Shown here: positions 7,723-17,123 of the stretch, piece after piece
How positions within the stretch are numbered: the first letter of the stretch is position 1
Layout: every line of letters starts with the position of its first letter
DNA from: a virus
Taxonomy: Duplodnaviria; Caudoviricetes
Virus record (IMG/VR): IMGVR_UViG_3300027835_000485
Location: 1-24,429 of that record
DNA: 24,429 bases
Direction: 5' to 3' (one strand)
The notes under the pieces: model-generated
What the model saw: the letters and a program-made list of their open reading frames with translations, nothing else
What the model was told of the DNA's origin: nothing
Database searches by the model: none
Translations under genes and position numbers: made by a program

Positions 7723-8154
7723 ATGGCGATTCGTGTCATTAACCCGGACGCAACGCGCAACTACGTCAGCCCGTCGGACCAGGAGCCGGCGACGGTCTGG
7801 AAGCTCGGCACCCTCGACAGCCGGATCATGGGCTTCATCGAGGACAGCGTCACGAAGCTGGAAATCAGCGCCGGCCGCAAGGGCAGCGACCAGGCCGAGC
7901 CGGTGTTCCGCACCGGCACGCGCCGGTGGCTGCTGGTGAAGTACGGCCTGCGCGGCTGGACTAACCTGCTCGACGCCAACGGCCAGCCCGTCGCGGAAAC
8001 CTTCGACGCCGCGCCGCACTTTGGCCGCAGCTACGCCGTCGTGCCGGACCGCGTCCTCGAGCTGATCCCCGCGGACATCCTCAGCGAACTGGCCAGCGAA
8101 CTCGGGAAGCAGAACCGACTGCAGGAGGACGAAAAGCCCCCTTTCGGTTCCTAG
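7723..8154 (+). CDS. Tail assembly chaperone (lambda gpG analogue)
   Basis: Between tail tube and tape measure genes. GL.GW.NL.D..G motif. Ends in a slippery heptamer. Confidence 0.82.
   Translation: MAIRVINPDATRNYVSPSDQEPATVWKLGTLDSRIMGFIEDSVTKLEISAGRKGSDQAEPVFRTGTRRWLLVKYGLRGWTNLLDANGQPVAETFDAAPHFGRSYAVVPDRVLELIPADILSELASELGKQNRLQEDEKPPFGS
8123..8145 (+). promoter_or_regulatory. Programmed -1 ribosomal frameshift signal (C CCT TTC) with upstream SD-like AGGAGG
   Basis: In-frame X XXY YYZ heptamer at 8139-8145. AGGAGG at 8123-8128. The -1 frame is open to 8486. Confidence 0.8.
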
Positions 8155-8486
8155 TCGAGCTGCAGGGCTGGAAGCTCAACTGCCCGGACTGTCGCACGAA
8201 GCAATGCGAAGGGCCGCTGCAGCCGTGGATCGAGGTGACGAATGACGAGACGGGCGAAGTGTGGCCGATCACCGGCTGCCCGTGGGCGCAGGTCGATCGC
8301 GCGGTCCTCGAATGGTTCCGGGTCTACGCCTTCTGGCAAAAGGGGATGTTGCTCGTCGCCGGCGGCCTGCTCGATCAACCGGCGAAGTATGTCGAAGTCA
8401 TGGAGTACCTCGACGGGCTGATGGCCCGAAAGGACCGACGCGATGCCGACCAACGCGGAACTGCTCGCCATCCTGCGGTTTCGTGA
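8145..8486 (+). CDS. Tail assembly chaperone gpT portion (-1 frame; predicted G-T fusion of 254 aa)
   Basis: The -1 frame reads RFLVELQGWKLNCPDCRTKQC...GCPW...GMLLVAGGLLDQPAKYVEVM. The GG..DQP motif is typical of this ORF position before tape measure genes. Confidence 0.78.
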   Translation, partial: RFLVELQGWKLNCPDCRTKQCEGPLQPWIEVTNDETGEVWPITGCPWAQVDRAVLEWFRVYAFWQKGMLLVAGGLLDQPAKYVEVMEYLDGLMARKDRRDADQRGTARHPAVS

Positions 8487-10095
8487 CCAAGCCAGCCGCG
8501 AGATGCAGGCCGTGGCGAAGAACTTCCAGGCGTCGATGAAGTCGATCGGCGAGACGGTCGAGAAGGCGAGCCTGGAAATGCGCCGCATTAGCCGCGACCT
8601 GATGCAGATCGGCGCGATTCTCACGGGGCCCTTCGTGCTGGCGTTCCGCACCGCCGCGCAGCAAGTGCCGGCTGTGCGCGACGCCGTCAACGCGCTCGGG
8701 ACGGAGATGACGGCGTTCCAGGTCAGCCTCGCGCAGGCCGCGCTGCCCGTCCTGCAGGACCTGGTCAACCTCATCCACCGGCTGCGGGAAGCGTTCGACG
8801 AGCTGGATCCGGCGACGCGTGACTTCGTGATCCGCGCGGTCTTCATGGGCGGGATCGTCGCACTGCTGATTGGGATCTTCGGGCGGCTGGTCGCCGACAT
8901 CATCCTCGTCGCCAGCAAGCTCTGGCTGCTGATCGCCGCGCTGAATCCGGTGGCCCTTGGCTGGATCGCGGTCGTCGCCGGCGTCGCGGTCGTGCTGAAC
9001 GCCTTCGGCCTGCTCGGTCCCGCCATCCAGCTCATCATTCAGCTGCTCGACTTCCTGGTCCTGGCTGGCCGGCAAACGATCGAAGCCTTCCTGCTGCCGT
9101 TCAAGCTCGCCACCTGGGGACTGGTCGCCGTCCTGCAGGCGCTCTTCGAGCTGGCCGGCAAGCTGCCCGATCAGCTGGGCGGCAAGATGTTCCGAGACGC
9201 GACGCGCCAGCTCGACAGCTACCGCCTCGATCTGGAACACCTAACCATCAAGGGCGCGCAGAACGTGCAGAAGTTCGGCGACGCCGCGATGAACGCGCTC
9301 GTCGGCAAAGAGAAGGGGCCATTCGGGAAGGCCGCCGCTCAGGTCCGCGGCTTCGCGCAGGTCTTCAACGAGCTGATGAACATCCTGAAGGGCGGCGGTG
9401 CCGGGAGCAAGGGTGTCAGCGCCTCCGCGCTTGAGGGGATGAAGCAGGATTGGAATCGGTTCTGGACCGACTACGCCAACATCACCAAGCGCAGCGTCGA
9501 CATCATGAAGGGCGCGGTCAGCGAGCTCGAAGGTCGCCTGACGACGATGTTCCGCAAGATGATCACCGAGGGGATGAAGGCGAAGGACGTCATGCGCGAG
9601 TTCGGCCTGGCCATCCTCGAAACCGTGGCGACGATGATCGCCAAGTTCCTCGCCTTCATTGCGACCGTCGCGGTCGTCGCGGCTGTCCTCGCGGCCTTCG
9701 GCGTCCCTCCGGGCGCGACGTTCAAGGCCGCGTTCGCCCTAGCCGGCCTGACCACCAAGCACCACGGCGGCATGATCACGCGTGCGGACATGCCGCGCTA
9801 CCACGAGGGCGGCGAGATTCCGATCATGGCGCAGGAGGGTGAGTTCGTCGTCAACCGCGACGCCACCGCGCGTAATCGCTCGACGCTGGAACGGATCAAC
9901 CGCGGGCAGGACGTCGGCGGCAACGGCGGTGGCGGCGGCGGGCCGCAGATCGTGAACATCTGGAACGTGACGGCGACCGACGCGCAGAGCTTCCGCGCGC
10001 TCATGCAGCAGAACAACGATCTCGTCGAGGGCATGTTCCAGCGCGCGATTCGCCGCGGCAGCGGCCCGATGCGCGAGGCGGTGCGGCTGGCATGA
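8443..10095 (+). CDS. Tape measure protein (550 aa)
   Basis: Ala/Leu-rich helical protein with hydrophobic central segments. C-terminal HHGG...GEFVVNR.AT motif of lambda-like TMPs. Confidence 0.9.
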   Translation: MPTNAELLAILRFRDQASREMQAVAKNFQASMKSIGETVEKASLEMRRISRDLMQIGAILTGPFVLAFRTAAQQVPAVRDAVNALGTEMTAFQVSLAQAALPVLQDLVNLIHRLREAFDELDPATRDFVIRAVFMGGIVALLIGIFGRLVADIILVASKLWLLIAALNPVALGWIAVVAGVAVVLNAFGLLGPAIQLIIQLLDFLVLAGRQTIEAFLLPFKLATWGLVAVLQALFELAGKLPDQLGGKMFRDATRQLDSYRLDLEHLTIKGAQNVQKFGDAAMNALVGKEKGPFGKAAAQVRGFAQVFNELMNILKGGGAGSKGVSASALEGMKQDWNRFWTDYANITKRSVDIMKGAVSELEGRLTTMFRKMITEGMKAKDVMREFGLAILETVATMIAKFLAFIATVAVVAAVLAAFGVPPGATFKAAFALAGLTTKHHGGMITRADMPRYHEGGEIPIMAQEGEFVVNRDATARNRSTLERINRGQDVGGNGGGGGGPQIVNIWNVTATDAQSFRALMQQNNDLVEGMFQRAIRRGSGPMREAVRLA

Positions 10096-10199
10096 AAATT
10101 CCACGCTGGTTGGTGTGGACCGTCGTAGTCGTCGGCGTCTGCTGGAAGGTCGCCTCGGCACTGCTGGTCTGGTATTTCCGAACCCACGGAGCGCCGTGA
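10092..10199 (+). CDS. 35-aa single-pass membrane peptide (absent from the ORF track)
   Basis: MKIPRWLVWTVVVVGVCWKVASALLVWYFRTHGAP. ATGA overlap with the TMP stop and TGATG overlap with the next start. Confidence 0.6.
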   Translation: MKIPRWLVWTVVVVGVCWKVASALLVWYFRTHGAP

Positions 10200-10804
10200 T
10201 GGCCGTCAGCGACGTCTTCCCGATCGACCCGAGCTTTCCGGTCAACCAACGGCTGATGCAGAAGGTGCTGATCAGCGACGCCGACAGCGGCGTCGAGCAA
10301 CGCGCGCTGAAGTGGACGAATCCGCTGCGCCGCTTCAAGCTCAGCAGCCGCAACCTGAACACCACCGAGGAGGCACTGCTGCGCGCGTTCTGGCTGGCGC
10401 GCAAAGGTCCCTACGATCCCTTCGCCTACCTGCCCCCGAAGAACCTGGATCGGCTCATCAGCGCGATCGCGTGTGGCACTGGCAACGGCTCGACGACCGT
10501 CTTCAACATCGGCAACAGCGCAACCCCGCCGTACTACTATCGCCTCTACACCGGCGCGGGCACGCGCAACCAGGCGTACAAAGATGGCGTCGCTGCTGCC
10601 GCGACGTTCGCCAACAACGACGGTGGGAAGATCAGCACAGTCACGTTTAGCGTCGCGCCGGCCAACGGCGTCGTCATCACCGCCGACATCGACCGCTACC
10701 TGATCTGCCGCTTCCTCGCTGACGACTTCGGGATCGACCTGGAGCATTTCAATATCTTCACCTCCGACTACGAGTTTCAAGAGGTCCTGCGGGCCTCCAT
10801 CTAG
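10199..10804 (+). CDS. Distal tail protein (DUF2460 / GTA g12-like)
   Basis: SGVEQR..KW..P.RRF, AFWLARKG..DPF, GTGNGSTTVF and VAPANGVVITAD motifs. Follows the TMP. Confidence 0.85.
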   Translation: MAVSDVFPIDPSFPVNQRLMQKVLISDADSGVEQRALKWTNPLRRFKLSSRNLNTTEEALLRAFWLARKGPYDPFAYLPPKNLDRLISAIACGTGNGSTTVFNIGNSATPPYYYRLYTGAGTRNQAYKDGVAAAATFANNDGGKISTVTFSVAPANGVVITADIDRYLICRFLADDFGIDLEHFNIFTSDYEFQEVLRASI

Positions 10805-10813
10805 CCAACACCG

Positions 10814-11710
10814 ATGCGCACGACCACTGCGGCGTTTAATACTGAGAAGGCGAAGACGCAGAACCGACCGATTGAGCTGCTCGATCTGTTCTTCGGCAGC
10901 CAGACGGCCGACGACGCCAACACGCTCCACTTCGCGATCCACGATGAAAACGTCAGCTTCTACAGCATGGGCGGCGTCCTGAAAACCTACACCGCCATCG
11001 GCGTGCAGCGCAGCGACGTCAGCAACGTGATGGAGAACGAAGCGCGTCAGACAACGCTTGAGCTCGCCAACGTCAACAAGCAATTTCAGAGCTTCTTTTT
11101 CCAGAACGCCGACTTCATGCGCGACAAGCGCGTCGTGCTCCGGCATCTGTTCAAGGACGCGATGAGCGCCGCCGGCGACGCGCTTGTCATTCTCGACGCG
11201 ACGATCAACACCGTGCGGATCACGGAGAAGGCGTGCCAGCTCGAGCTGTCCGGTGTCATCGGCCAGCTGCAGTTCAAGACGGGCCGCTACTTGGATCGCC
11301 TCTGCTCGCTGAACTTTGCCGGCACACTGTGCGCCGCCGGCACTACCGCCGCGACGCTCCTGCAGGAGGTCACCGACACCGTCGCCGCCGGGAGCAGCAA
11401 GACCGCCATCCGCGTGACGACCACCGCCGTCGCTGACAAATACTACGCCCTAGGCGTCCTGGAGTACGTCGGGGCGGCGAACGCTGGGATCATCCGCAAG
11501 ATCATCAAGTGGACGCAGAGCACGAAGGAAGCCGTGCTCGACTTCGCGCTGCCCAACAACCCCGTCACCGGCGAGTCGGTGAAGCTGCGGCGCGACTGCG
11601 ACAAGACCATCAACGAGTGCAAGGGCCGCTACACCGAGGTCCACGCGACCCTGGGCAACAGCGCGAACGACCACGGCTTCCCGACGGTGGTGGACAGCAT
11701 CAACCCATGA
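10814..11710 (+). CDS. Tail hub protein (DUF2163/BR0599-like, lambda gpL analogue) with four Cys as likely Fe-S ligands
   Basis: RLCSLNFAGTLC and DCDKTINECKGRY, plus C-terminal N.N.HGFP.V. Confidence 0.82.
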   Translation: MRTTTAAFNTEKAKTQNRPIELLDLFFGSQTADDANTLHFAIHDENVSFYSMGGVLKTYTAIGVQRSDVSNVMENEARQTTLELANVNKQFQSFFFQNADFMRDKRVVLRHLFKDAMSAAGDALVILDATINTVRITEKACQLELSGVIGQLQFKTGRYLDRLCSLNFAGTLCAAGTTAATLLQEVTDTVAAGSSKTAIRVTTTAVADKYYALGVLEYVGAANAGIIRKIIKWTQSTKEAVLDFALPNNPVTGESVKLRRDCDKTINECKGRYTEVHATLGNSANDHGFPTVVDSINP

Positions 11711-14700
11711 GCGATGAACCGGTGACCCCTCCCAACGAGACGATCGGGCCGATCGATGAGACGCCCGTGGTCTCCCCACTCATGGCCGCAGAGTTGGGTG
11801 AGTCCGCACCGGCGGGACGCACTCTCCCGCCGGTGCCACGGGCCTTCACCGATGACGAGTACGAAGCCTACGTCAACCGCTGGATCGGCATCCGCTATCT
11901 CCTCAACAGCAGCGACCCGACCAACGGCCTCGATTGCCGCACGCTGGCCGCGCTGTTTCTGAAGAATCAGGGCATCGCGATCCGCGATGAGGACGGCGCC
12001 CCACTGCCCGCCGAGATTGACGAGGCCGTGATCGCGCGCTACGAAGCCGGCGTGAAGGCCGCCGGCGTCGCCGTGCCCATCAGCGCGCTGCAGCGCAACG
12101 ACGTCGTCTACTACCGCAACCGCTTCGGCCGGCTGCACGTCGGCGTCTGGCTCGGCTACGACCGGATGCTCACCATCGACCAGCAGTTCGGCGTCTTCAT
12201 CGCCAAGGTCCGGCCCGAGCTGCTGCAAGGCGCGGTACGCGGCCAGGCGGGCGTCTGGCTGGACATGCCGCCGGGCCATGACCCGATCACCGCCATCCTG
12301 GTCGCTGTCGGTAGCTTCGTCACCGCCGGTGCCGCCACCGGCGTGGCCGCCGGTATCATCGGCGCGATCGTCATCGGCGCCGCGATCATGGCCGTCAGCT
12401 TTGGCATCGGGGCGCTGACCAGCGGTCGCCGGGCCTTCGATTTCCAGGGCACGGCCGGCGCCGGCATTCAAGCCAGCCCGCGCTACGCCTTCGACGGCGC
12501 GCGCAACATGCGGACCAACCAGAACCCGGTCCCGCTGATCTACGGCGAGCTCGGCATCCGCGTGCTGAACACCTACGAGATCTGGAACAGCGGCGCCAAT
12601 GCGGAAACGCAGAAGCGCCTGGTCGTCATCGGCGAAGGCGAACTCGGCAGCATCACCGAGGTGCAGCTCAACGGCACGGACATCGCCACCTTCACCGGCT
12701 CTTCCTTCACCGCCTACACCGGGACGGCGACGCAGGGCGTGGATGCACGCGCCGCAGGCACCAACGTCGTCGGCCTCAAGAACACGGCCTACCTCGCGCT
12801 AACCCTGGCCGCGAGCGACAAGCTCTCCGGCGATCCGGTGATCACCTGCAAGGTGACGGGCCGGAAGATCAACACATGGAACGGGACGGACTGGACCACC
12901 GCGGCGGTCTCCGCGAGTGGCAACCCCGCCGCGATCATCCGCGACTACCTGACCCTCACGCGCGAGCGCGGCGGCTGTGGCTTCCCAACGACCATGATCG
13001 ACGACGCGAGCTTCGGCGCCGCCTATGACTACTTCCAGGCGCTCGTCACCAACCTCGACGCGACCACGGAGTTCCGCGCGCGGCTGGACTTCATCATCGA
13101 CGCGTTCCGACCCTGGCTCGACAACCTGCAAGACCTGATGGCGACCTGCGGCGCGTTCATGGTCACCGACGGCCGCAAGTTCTATCTGCGCGTCGAGAAA
13201 AGCGAGTCGGCGGTGCAGGCGTTCACCCAGGACAACATCACCGACCTGGAGTACGCGACCTTCAGCAAGGACGAGCGGCCGAACCGGGTCTACGGCGTCT
13301 ACATCGATCCGACCAGCGCGGGCAACGACGCGCGCACGCGGATCTCGATCGACGACCTGGTCGACCAGGCCAAGAACCCGCGCGGCATCGTCCCGCGCGA
13401 GGTCGCGCTGCTGGGGATCAGCCGGCAGACCCAGTGCATCCGCGAGATCACGAAGATCCTCAACGACATCCGGGCCAACTGGTACAGCATCAGCTTCCTG
13501 GCGAACATCGACGCGATCGCGCTCGAGCCGGGCGATGTCTTCAGCGTCGTGCATCCCTTCCTCGGCGACGGGACCACCGCCTACCAGTTCCGCGCCGTGC
13601 GGATCATGGAAGCCGAGAACCACCGGCGGCGCATCTATGGCAAGGCGTACACCAGCAGCATCTTCGGCGACACGATGGAGCAGCAAAGCGTGACGCTGCA
13701 ATTCATCCCGCCGCCGAACCCATTCGCCGCCGTCGCCGACGTGACCGGCCTGACGCTGGCCGAGGTCGTCACCCGGCAGAACGATGGCACGGCCTTTATC
13801 ACCGTCGACGCCAGCTGGACCGCGCCCGTCGAGCGCCTGAACCTGAAGTATTACGAAGTCGCCATCAAGAAGTCGACCGACGCGAATTATCAGGTGCTCG
13901 GCTTCACGAAAGACACGTTCTTCACCGCCGTCTGGGATTTCCTCGTCGCCGGCATCTACACCGTCCGCGTGCGGACCGTCACCTTCACCGATGTTTTCAG
14001 CACCGGCGCGATCAGCGCGGGCCTGACCATCACCGGCCTGCCGCCGGTGCCGGCCAACGTCGCCACCTTCGCCGCGACCTTCACGAAAGAGATCGTGCTG
14101 AAGTGGGACAAGAACACCGAGACGGACCTCGCCGGCTACGAGATCCGCACAGCCGACAGCACCTGGGGCGTGCAGAACTCCGCGCTGGTCTGGCGTGGCA
14201 ACGCGCAGACGTTCACGATCGTCACGCCCGCGTCGCGCACGCCCGGCACGTACTACATCCGCGCCTACAACCGCAGCGGCAGCTTCTCGGCCACATCAGT
14301 CTCGGTGACGCCGACCAACGCCGCGCCCGCGATCCCGACGCTGGCCGTCACGCAATGGTTCGGCTTCGCCAAGATCGAGTGGACGGACGTCACCGACGCC
14401 GACCTGCTGAACTACGAGGTCTGGAAATCGGCCACGAACGCCTGGGCCGGGGAGGAATTCCTCGACTCGAAGGTTCCCGGCACGGAAGTCATCGTGCAGG
14501 GCAACGATCCCGTCGACGCGACCGCCAGCGCCGTCTCCGCGACGACGATGACGGATGCGGCCCTGGCCGGGAAGGGCGTGAACTATTTCGTCGGCGACCG
14601 CATCAAGCAGACGTCCGGCACCTTCGCGGGTCAGGAAGCCACGGTGACGGCCTTCGACAACGTGACGGGGCAAATCACCGTGGCGTCGTGGCCGTCCGGC

Positions 14701-15915
14701 ACGCCGTCGGTGGGCAATCAGTTTGTCCTGAAGGACCGCGCCTACTACAAGGTGCGCGCCGTCGACAGCTACGGCGCCGGCTCCTTCACCGCTGCGCAGA
14801 CGATCGACTTCACGCCGCTGGTGGCCGCCGAGTTGGGCGACCAGATCATCAGCGCGCGCAAGCTCATCACGGGCGAGCTCATCACGCTGTCGGCGCAGAT
14901 CAAAGACGCCATTATCACCAATGCGAAAATTCTCGACCTCGACGGCGGCAAGATCACCGCGGCCACGATCACGGCGGGCAAGCTCAACGTCTCGCAGCTC
15001 TCCGCGATCACGGCCGACATGGGCGCGATTACGGCCGGCACCCTCGTGCTGCCCTCGGGTGGCCATGTGCGCTCCGGGCAGACCGCGTACAACACCGGCG
15101 TCGGGTTCTTCCTCGGCAACGTCACCGGCACGCCACAGTTCAGCATCGGCAATCCGGCCGGCAATCGGATGACGTGGGATGGCACGACGCTGACCATTCG
15201 CGGCTCACTCAATGCCGACGACATCACCGCCGGCAGCGTCACCGCGGCGCGGATCAACAATGGCGGTCTCAGCTTCGGTGGCATCGATGTGTTTGCCGCC
15301 AGTGGCACCTGGACGCGCCCAGCCAACATTGACAAGGTCTGGGTGCGCTGTTGGGGCGCAGGCGGTGGCGGGGGAGGTGGCGGCGGCAATGGCGCCTCGG
15401 GCAGCCCTGGATCATCCGGCGGCTCCACTAGCTTCGGCGCGTCCGTCGTGGCCGGTGGCGGCGCGGCTGGACCCGCCGGCATCGCGGGGGCCTCGGGCAG
15501 CGTGAGCGGCGGCGTTGGAGGGACCGCCACGGCCGGAAATGTCCAACGTCCAGGACAAGCTGGCTCCAGCGGGCAGGGATTTACCACCGCGCCGACGACC
15601 ATCGGTGGCGGGGGAGGCGATGCGGGATTGGGCGGCGGCAGCGGCGGCCCGGGGGTGCTGAGCACGCTGGTCACCAACGGCAATGCGGGTGTCTCGCCAG
15701 GCGGGGGCGGCAGCGGAGGCACCGGCCAGAACACCAGCAATCCCATCGGCGGCGGCGGCGGCGGGGGCGGAGCCTACGCCGAAGGCGTGGTCTCCGTGAC
15801 CGGCAATGTGACGGTCACCGTCGGGACGGGCGGCGCGGGCGGCGCGGGGGCCAACGCGTCCGCTGCGGGGAACGGCGCCGCTGGCGCGGATGGCCTGGTC
15901 ATTGTCACCTGGTAA
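11707..15915 (+). CDS. Tail tip / central fibre protein (1402 aa): N-terminal NlpC/P60 domain, gpJ/megatron-like core, FN3 domains, Gly-rich C-terminus
   Basis: ATGA overlap at 11707. GLDC...HVGVWLG (NlpC/P60), then PVPLIYGE, GEGE, NPA.IIRDYLT..RGG.G and LEPGDV. FN3 signatures (W..P, Y.VRV, DLAGYEIR, YYKVRAVD). C-terminal GGGGGG repeats. Confidence 0.88.
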   Translation: MSDEPVTPPNETIGPIDETPVVSPLMAAELGESAPAGRTLPPVPRAFTDDEYEAYVNRWIGIRYLLNSSDPTNGLDCRTLAALFLKNQGIAIRDEDGAPLPAEIDEAVIARYEAGVKAAGVAVPISALQRNDVVYYRNRFGRLHVGVWLGYDRMLTIDQQFGVFIAKVRPELLQGAVRGQAGVWLDMPPGHDPITAILVAVGSFVTAGAATGVAAGIIGAIVIGAAIMAVSFGIGALTSGRRAFDFQGTAGAGIQASPRYAFDGARNMRTNQNPVPLIYGELGIRVLNTYEIWNSGANAETQKRLVVIGEGELGSITEVQLNGTDIATFTGSSFTAYTGTATQGVDARAAGTNVVGLKNTAYLALTLAASDKLSGDPVITCKVTGRKINTWNGTDWTTAAVSASGNPAAIIRDYLTLTRERGGCGFPTTMIDDASFGAAYDYFQALVTNLDATTEFRARLDFIIDAFRPWLDNLQDLMATCGAFMVTDGRKFYLRVEKSESAVQAFTQDNITDLEYATFSKDERPNRVYGVYIDPTSAGNDARTRISIDDLVDQAKNPRGIVPREVALLGISRQTQCIREITKILNDIRANWYSISFLANIDAIALEPGDVFSVVHPFLGDGTTAYQFRAVRIMEAENHRRRIYGKAYTSSIFGDTMEQQSVTLQFIPPPNPFAAVADVTGLTLAEVVTRQNDGTAFITVDASWTAPVERLNLKYYEVAIKKSTDANYQVLGFTKDTFFTAVWDFLVAGIYTVRVRTVTFTDVFSTGAISAGLTITGLPPVPANVATFAATFTKEIVLKWDKNTETDLAGYEIRTADSTWGVQNSALVWRGNAQTFTIVTPASRTPGTYYIRAYNRSGSFSATSVSVTPTNAAPAIPTLAVTQWFGFAKIEWTDVTDADLLNYEVWKSATNAWAGEEFLDSKVPGTEVIVQGNDPVDATASAVSATTMTDAALAGKGVNYFVGDRIKQTSGTFAGQEATVTAFDNVTGQITVASWPSGTPSVGNQFVLKDRAYYKVRAVDSYGAGSFTAAQTIDFTPLVAAELGDQIISARKLITGELITLSAQIKDAIITNAKILDLDGGKITAATITAGKLNVSQLSAITADMGAITAGTLVLPSGGHVRSGQTAYNTGVGFFLGNVTGTPQFSIGNPAGNRMTWDGTTLTIRGSLNADDITAGSVTAARINNGGLSFGGIDVFAASGTWTRPANIDKVWVRCWGAGGGGGGGGGNGASGSPGSSGGSTSFGASVVAGGGAAGPAGIAGASGSVSGGVGGTATAGNVQRPGQAGSSGQGFTTAPTTIGGGGGDAGLGGGSGGPGVLSTLVTNGNAGVSPGGGGSGGTGQNTSNPIGGGGGGGGAYAEGVVSVTGNVTVTVGTGGAGGAGANASAAGNGAAGADGLVIVTW

Positions 15916-15929
15916 TCGCTGGAGGGCCG

Positions 15930-16133
15930 ATGCTCGACTTGCATAAGGAGCACTTGCTCGCGCAACGCGAGCACTGCATGAGAACGCTGCTGGCCTTGGA
16001 ACAGGCCTACCAGCAGGAAAAGGGCAAGGTGGCGATGATCGACACGCTGATAACTCAGCTCGACGCCACACCGCCGCCCAGCTCGGACGTCAACCAGGGC
16101 AGCGAGACGCCGCCCACGAAGGAGGGATCATGA
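15930..16133 (+). CDS. Small coiled-coil protein, possible tail fibre chaperone
   Basis: RBS GGAGG. Heptad-like L/Q/E helix. Directly follows the tail tip gene. Confidence 0.55.
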   Translation: MLDLHKEHLLAQREHCMRTLLALEQAYQQEKGKVAMIDTLITQLDATPPPSSDVNQGSETPPTKEGS

Positions 16134-16642
16134 ACGAATCGATCGGATTGGAGGAGCAGTTCTCGAAGCACATCGGCAAGAACCTGGCCGAAGGGATCAC
16201 GCTGACCGGCGAGTTCGAGCTCAAGCACATCCGCGACGGCAAGATCATCGACATGCGCGTCGTCAAGAACCTCGTCGTCGATGCGGGCAAGGCGGCCGTC
16301 GCCGGCCTCATCAACGGCGTCGTCACGAACTTCTTCGACTTCATCGCCATCGGGATCGGGACGGTCGCGGCGGCCGCGGGCGATACGGCGCTCGGGTCAG
16401 AGATTACGACGGGTGGTGGTGCGCGCGCGGCGTCGACGAACACCCGCGTGACGACGACCGTGACCAACGACACCGCGCAATGTCAGGTGACGTTCACGTT
16501 CACCGCGTCCTTCGCCGTGACCGAAGCGGGCCTGATGGACACCGCCTCGGCCGGCGGCATGCTCGCGCGGCAGGTCTTCGCGGCCGTCAACGTCGTCAAC
16601 GGCGACAGCCTGCAGATCACGTGGAAGATCAAGGCGGCCTAA
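16130..16642 (+). CDS. Minor tail / fibre-attachment protein
   Basis: NLVVDAG, IAIG.GT..A.AGDTAL.SE, TEAGL and GDSLQITWKI motifs, typical of tail-collar/fibre base proteins. Confidence 0.72.
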   Translation: MNESIGLEEQFSKHIGKNLAEGITLTGEFELKHIRDGKIIDMRVVKNLVVDAGKAAVAGLINGVVTNFFDFIAIGIGTVAAAAGDTALGSEITTGGGARAASTNTRVTTTVTNDTAQCQVTFTFTASFAVTEAGLMDTASAGGMLARQVFAAVNVVNGDSLQITWKIKAA

Positions 16643-16680
16643 GCCCGACGACCAGCACCCGATAGCAGAGGAGGACCGGC

Positions 16681-17118
16681 ATGGCACGGGTCTATACGAT
16701 CACGCGCAACAACGTGACCCCGAACACGGCGAACGACCTCATGACGATCATCGCGCCGGCCAACAAGATGATCCGCATCAAGCGGATCCGCGCCAGCGGC
16801 GAGGCGACGGCCTCGACGGTCATGCGGACCGTCATCGAGCGCTCGACCGGCGGCACCACCGGCGGCGGGGCGCTGACGCCGGAGAAAGCGAACACCAGTG
16901 ATCCGGCCGCCAGCTTGACGTGCTACAGCACGTGGACCGCGCAACCCACACTCTCCGGCGCGCCGCACTACAACGAGTCGTGGAACGCGTTCGGGGGCGG
17001 GTTCGATCTCACGCTCGACGGCCGCGAGATGTACCTGGTCAACAGCGAGCAGCTGTCGATCCGCAACACCGTCGGCACCGGCGTGATGAGCCTTGAGGTC
17101 GAAGTCGAGGAGCTCTGA
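16681..17118 (+). CDS. Putative virion structural protein (beta-sandwich, 145 aa)
   Basis: RBS GAGGAGG. Thr/Gly-rich beta-strand pattern ending EVEVEEL. Lies in the tail accessory cluster. Confidence 0.55.
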   Translation: MARVYTITRNNVTPNTANDLMTIIAPANKMIRIKRIRASGEATASTVMRTVIERSTGGTTGGGALTPEKANTSDPAASLTCYSTWTAQPTLSGAPHYNESWNAFGGGFDLTLDGREMYLVNSEQLSIRNTVGTGVMSLEVEVEEL

Positions 17119-17123
17119 GGCGC

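Noticed and set aside
13434-15332. 632-aa alternate-frame plus-strand ORF inside the tail tip gene
   Set aside because: Its Arg/His/Pro-rich composition is the typical off-frame product of GC3-biased codons.
10199-15915. Gene transfer agent interpretation of the DUF2460/BR0599/NlpC/megatron-like tail tip
   Set aside because: The same module occurs in true siphoviruses. The gpF-like head gene, 550-aa TMP, fibre cassette and RadC/DUF932 island fit a phage or prophage better than a compact RcGTA-type cluster.
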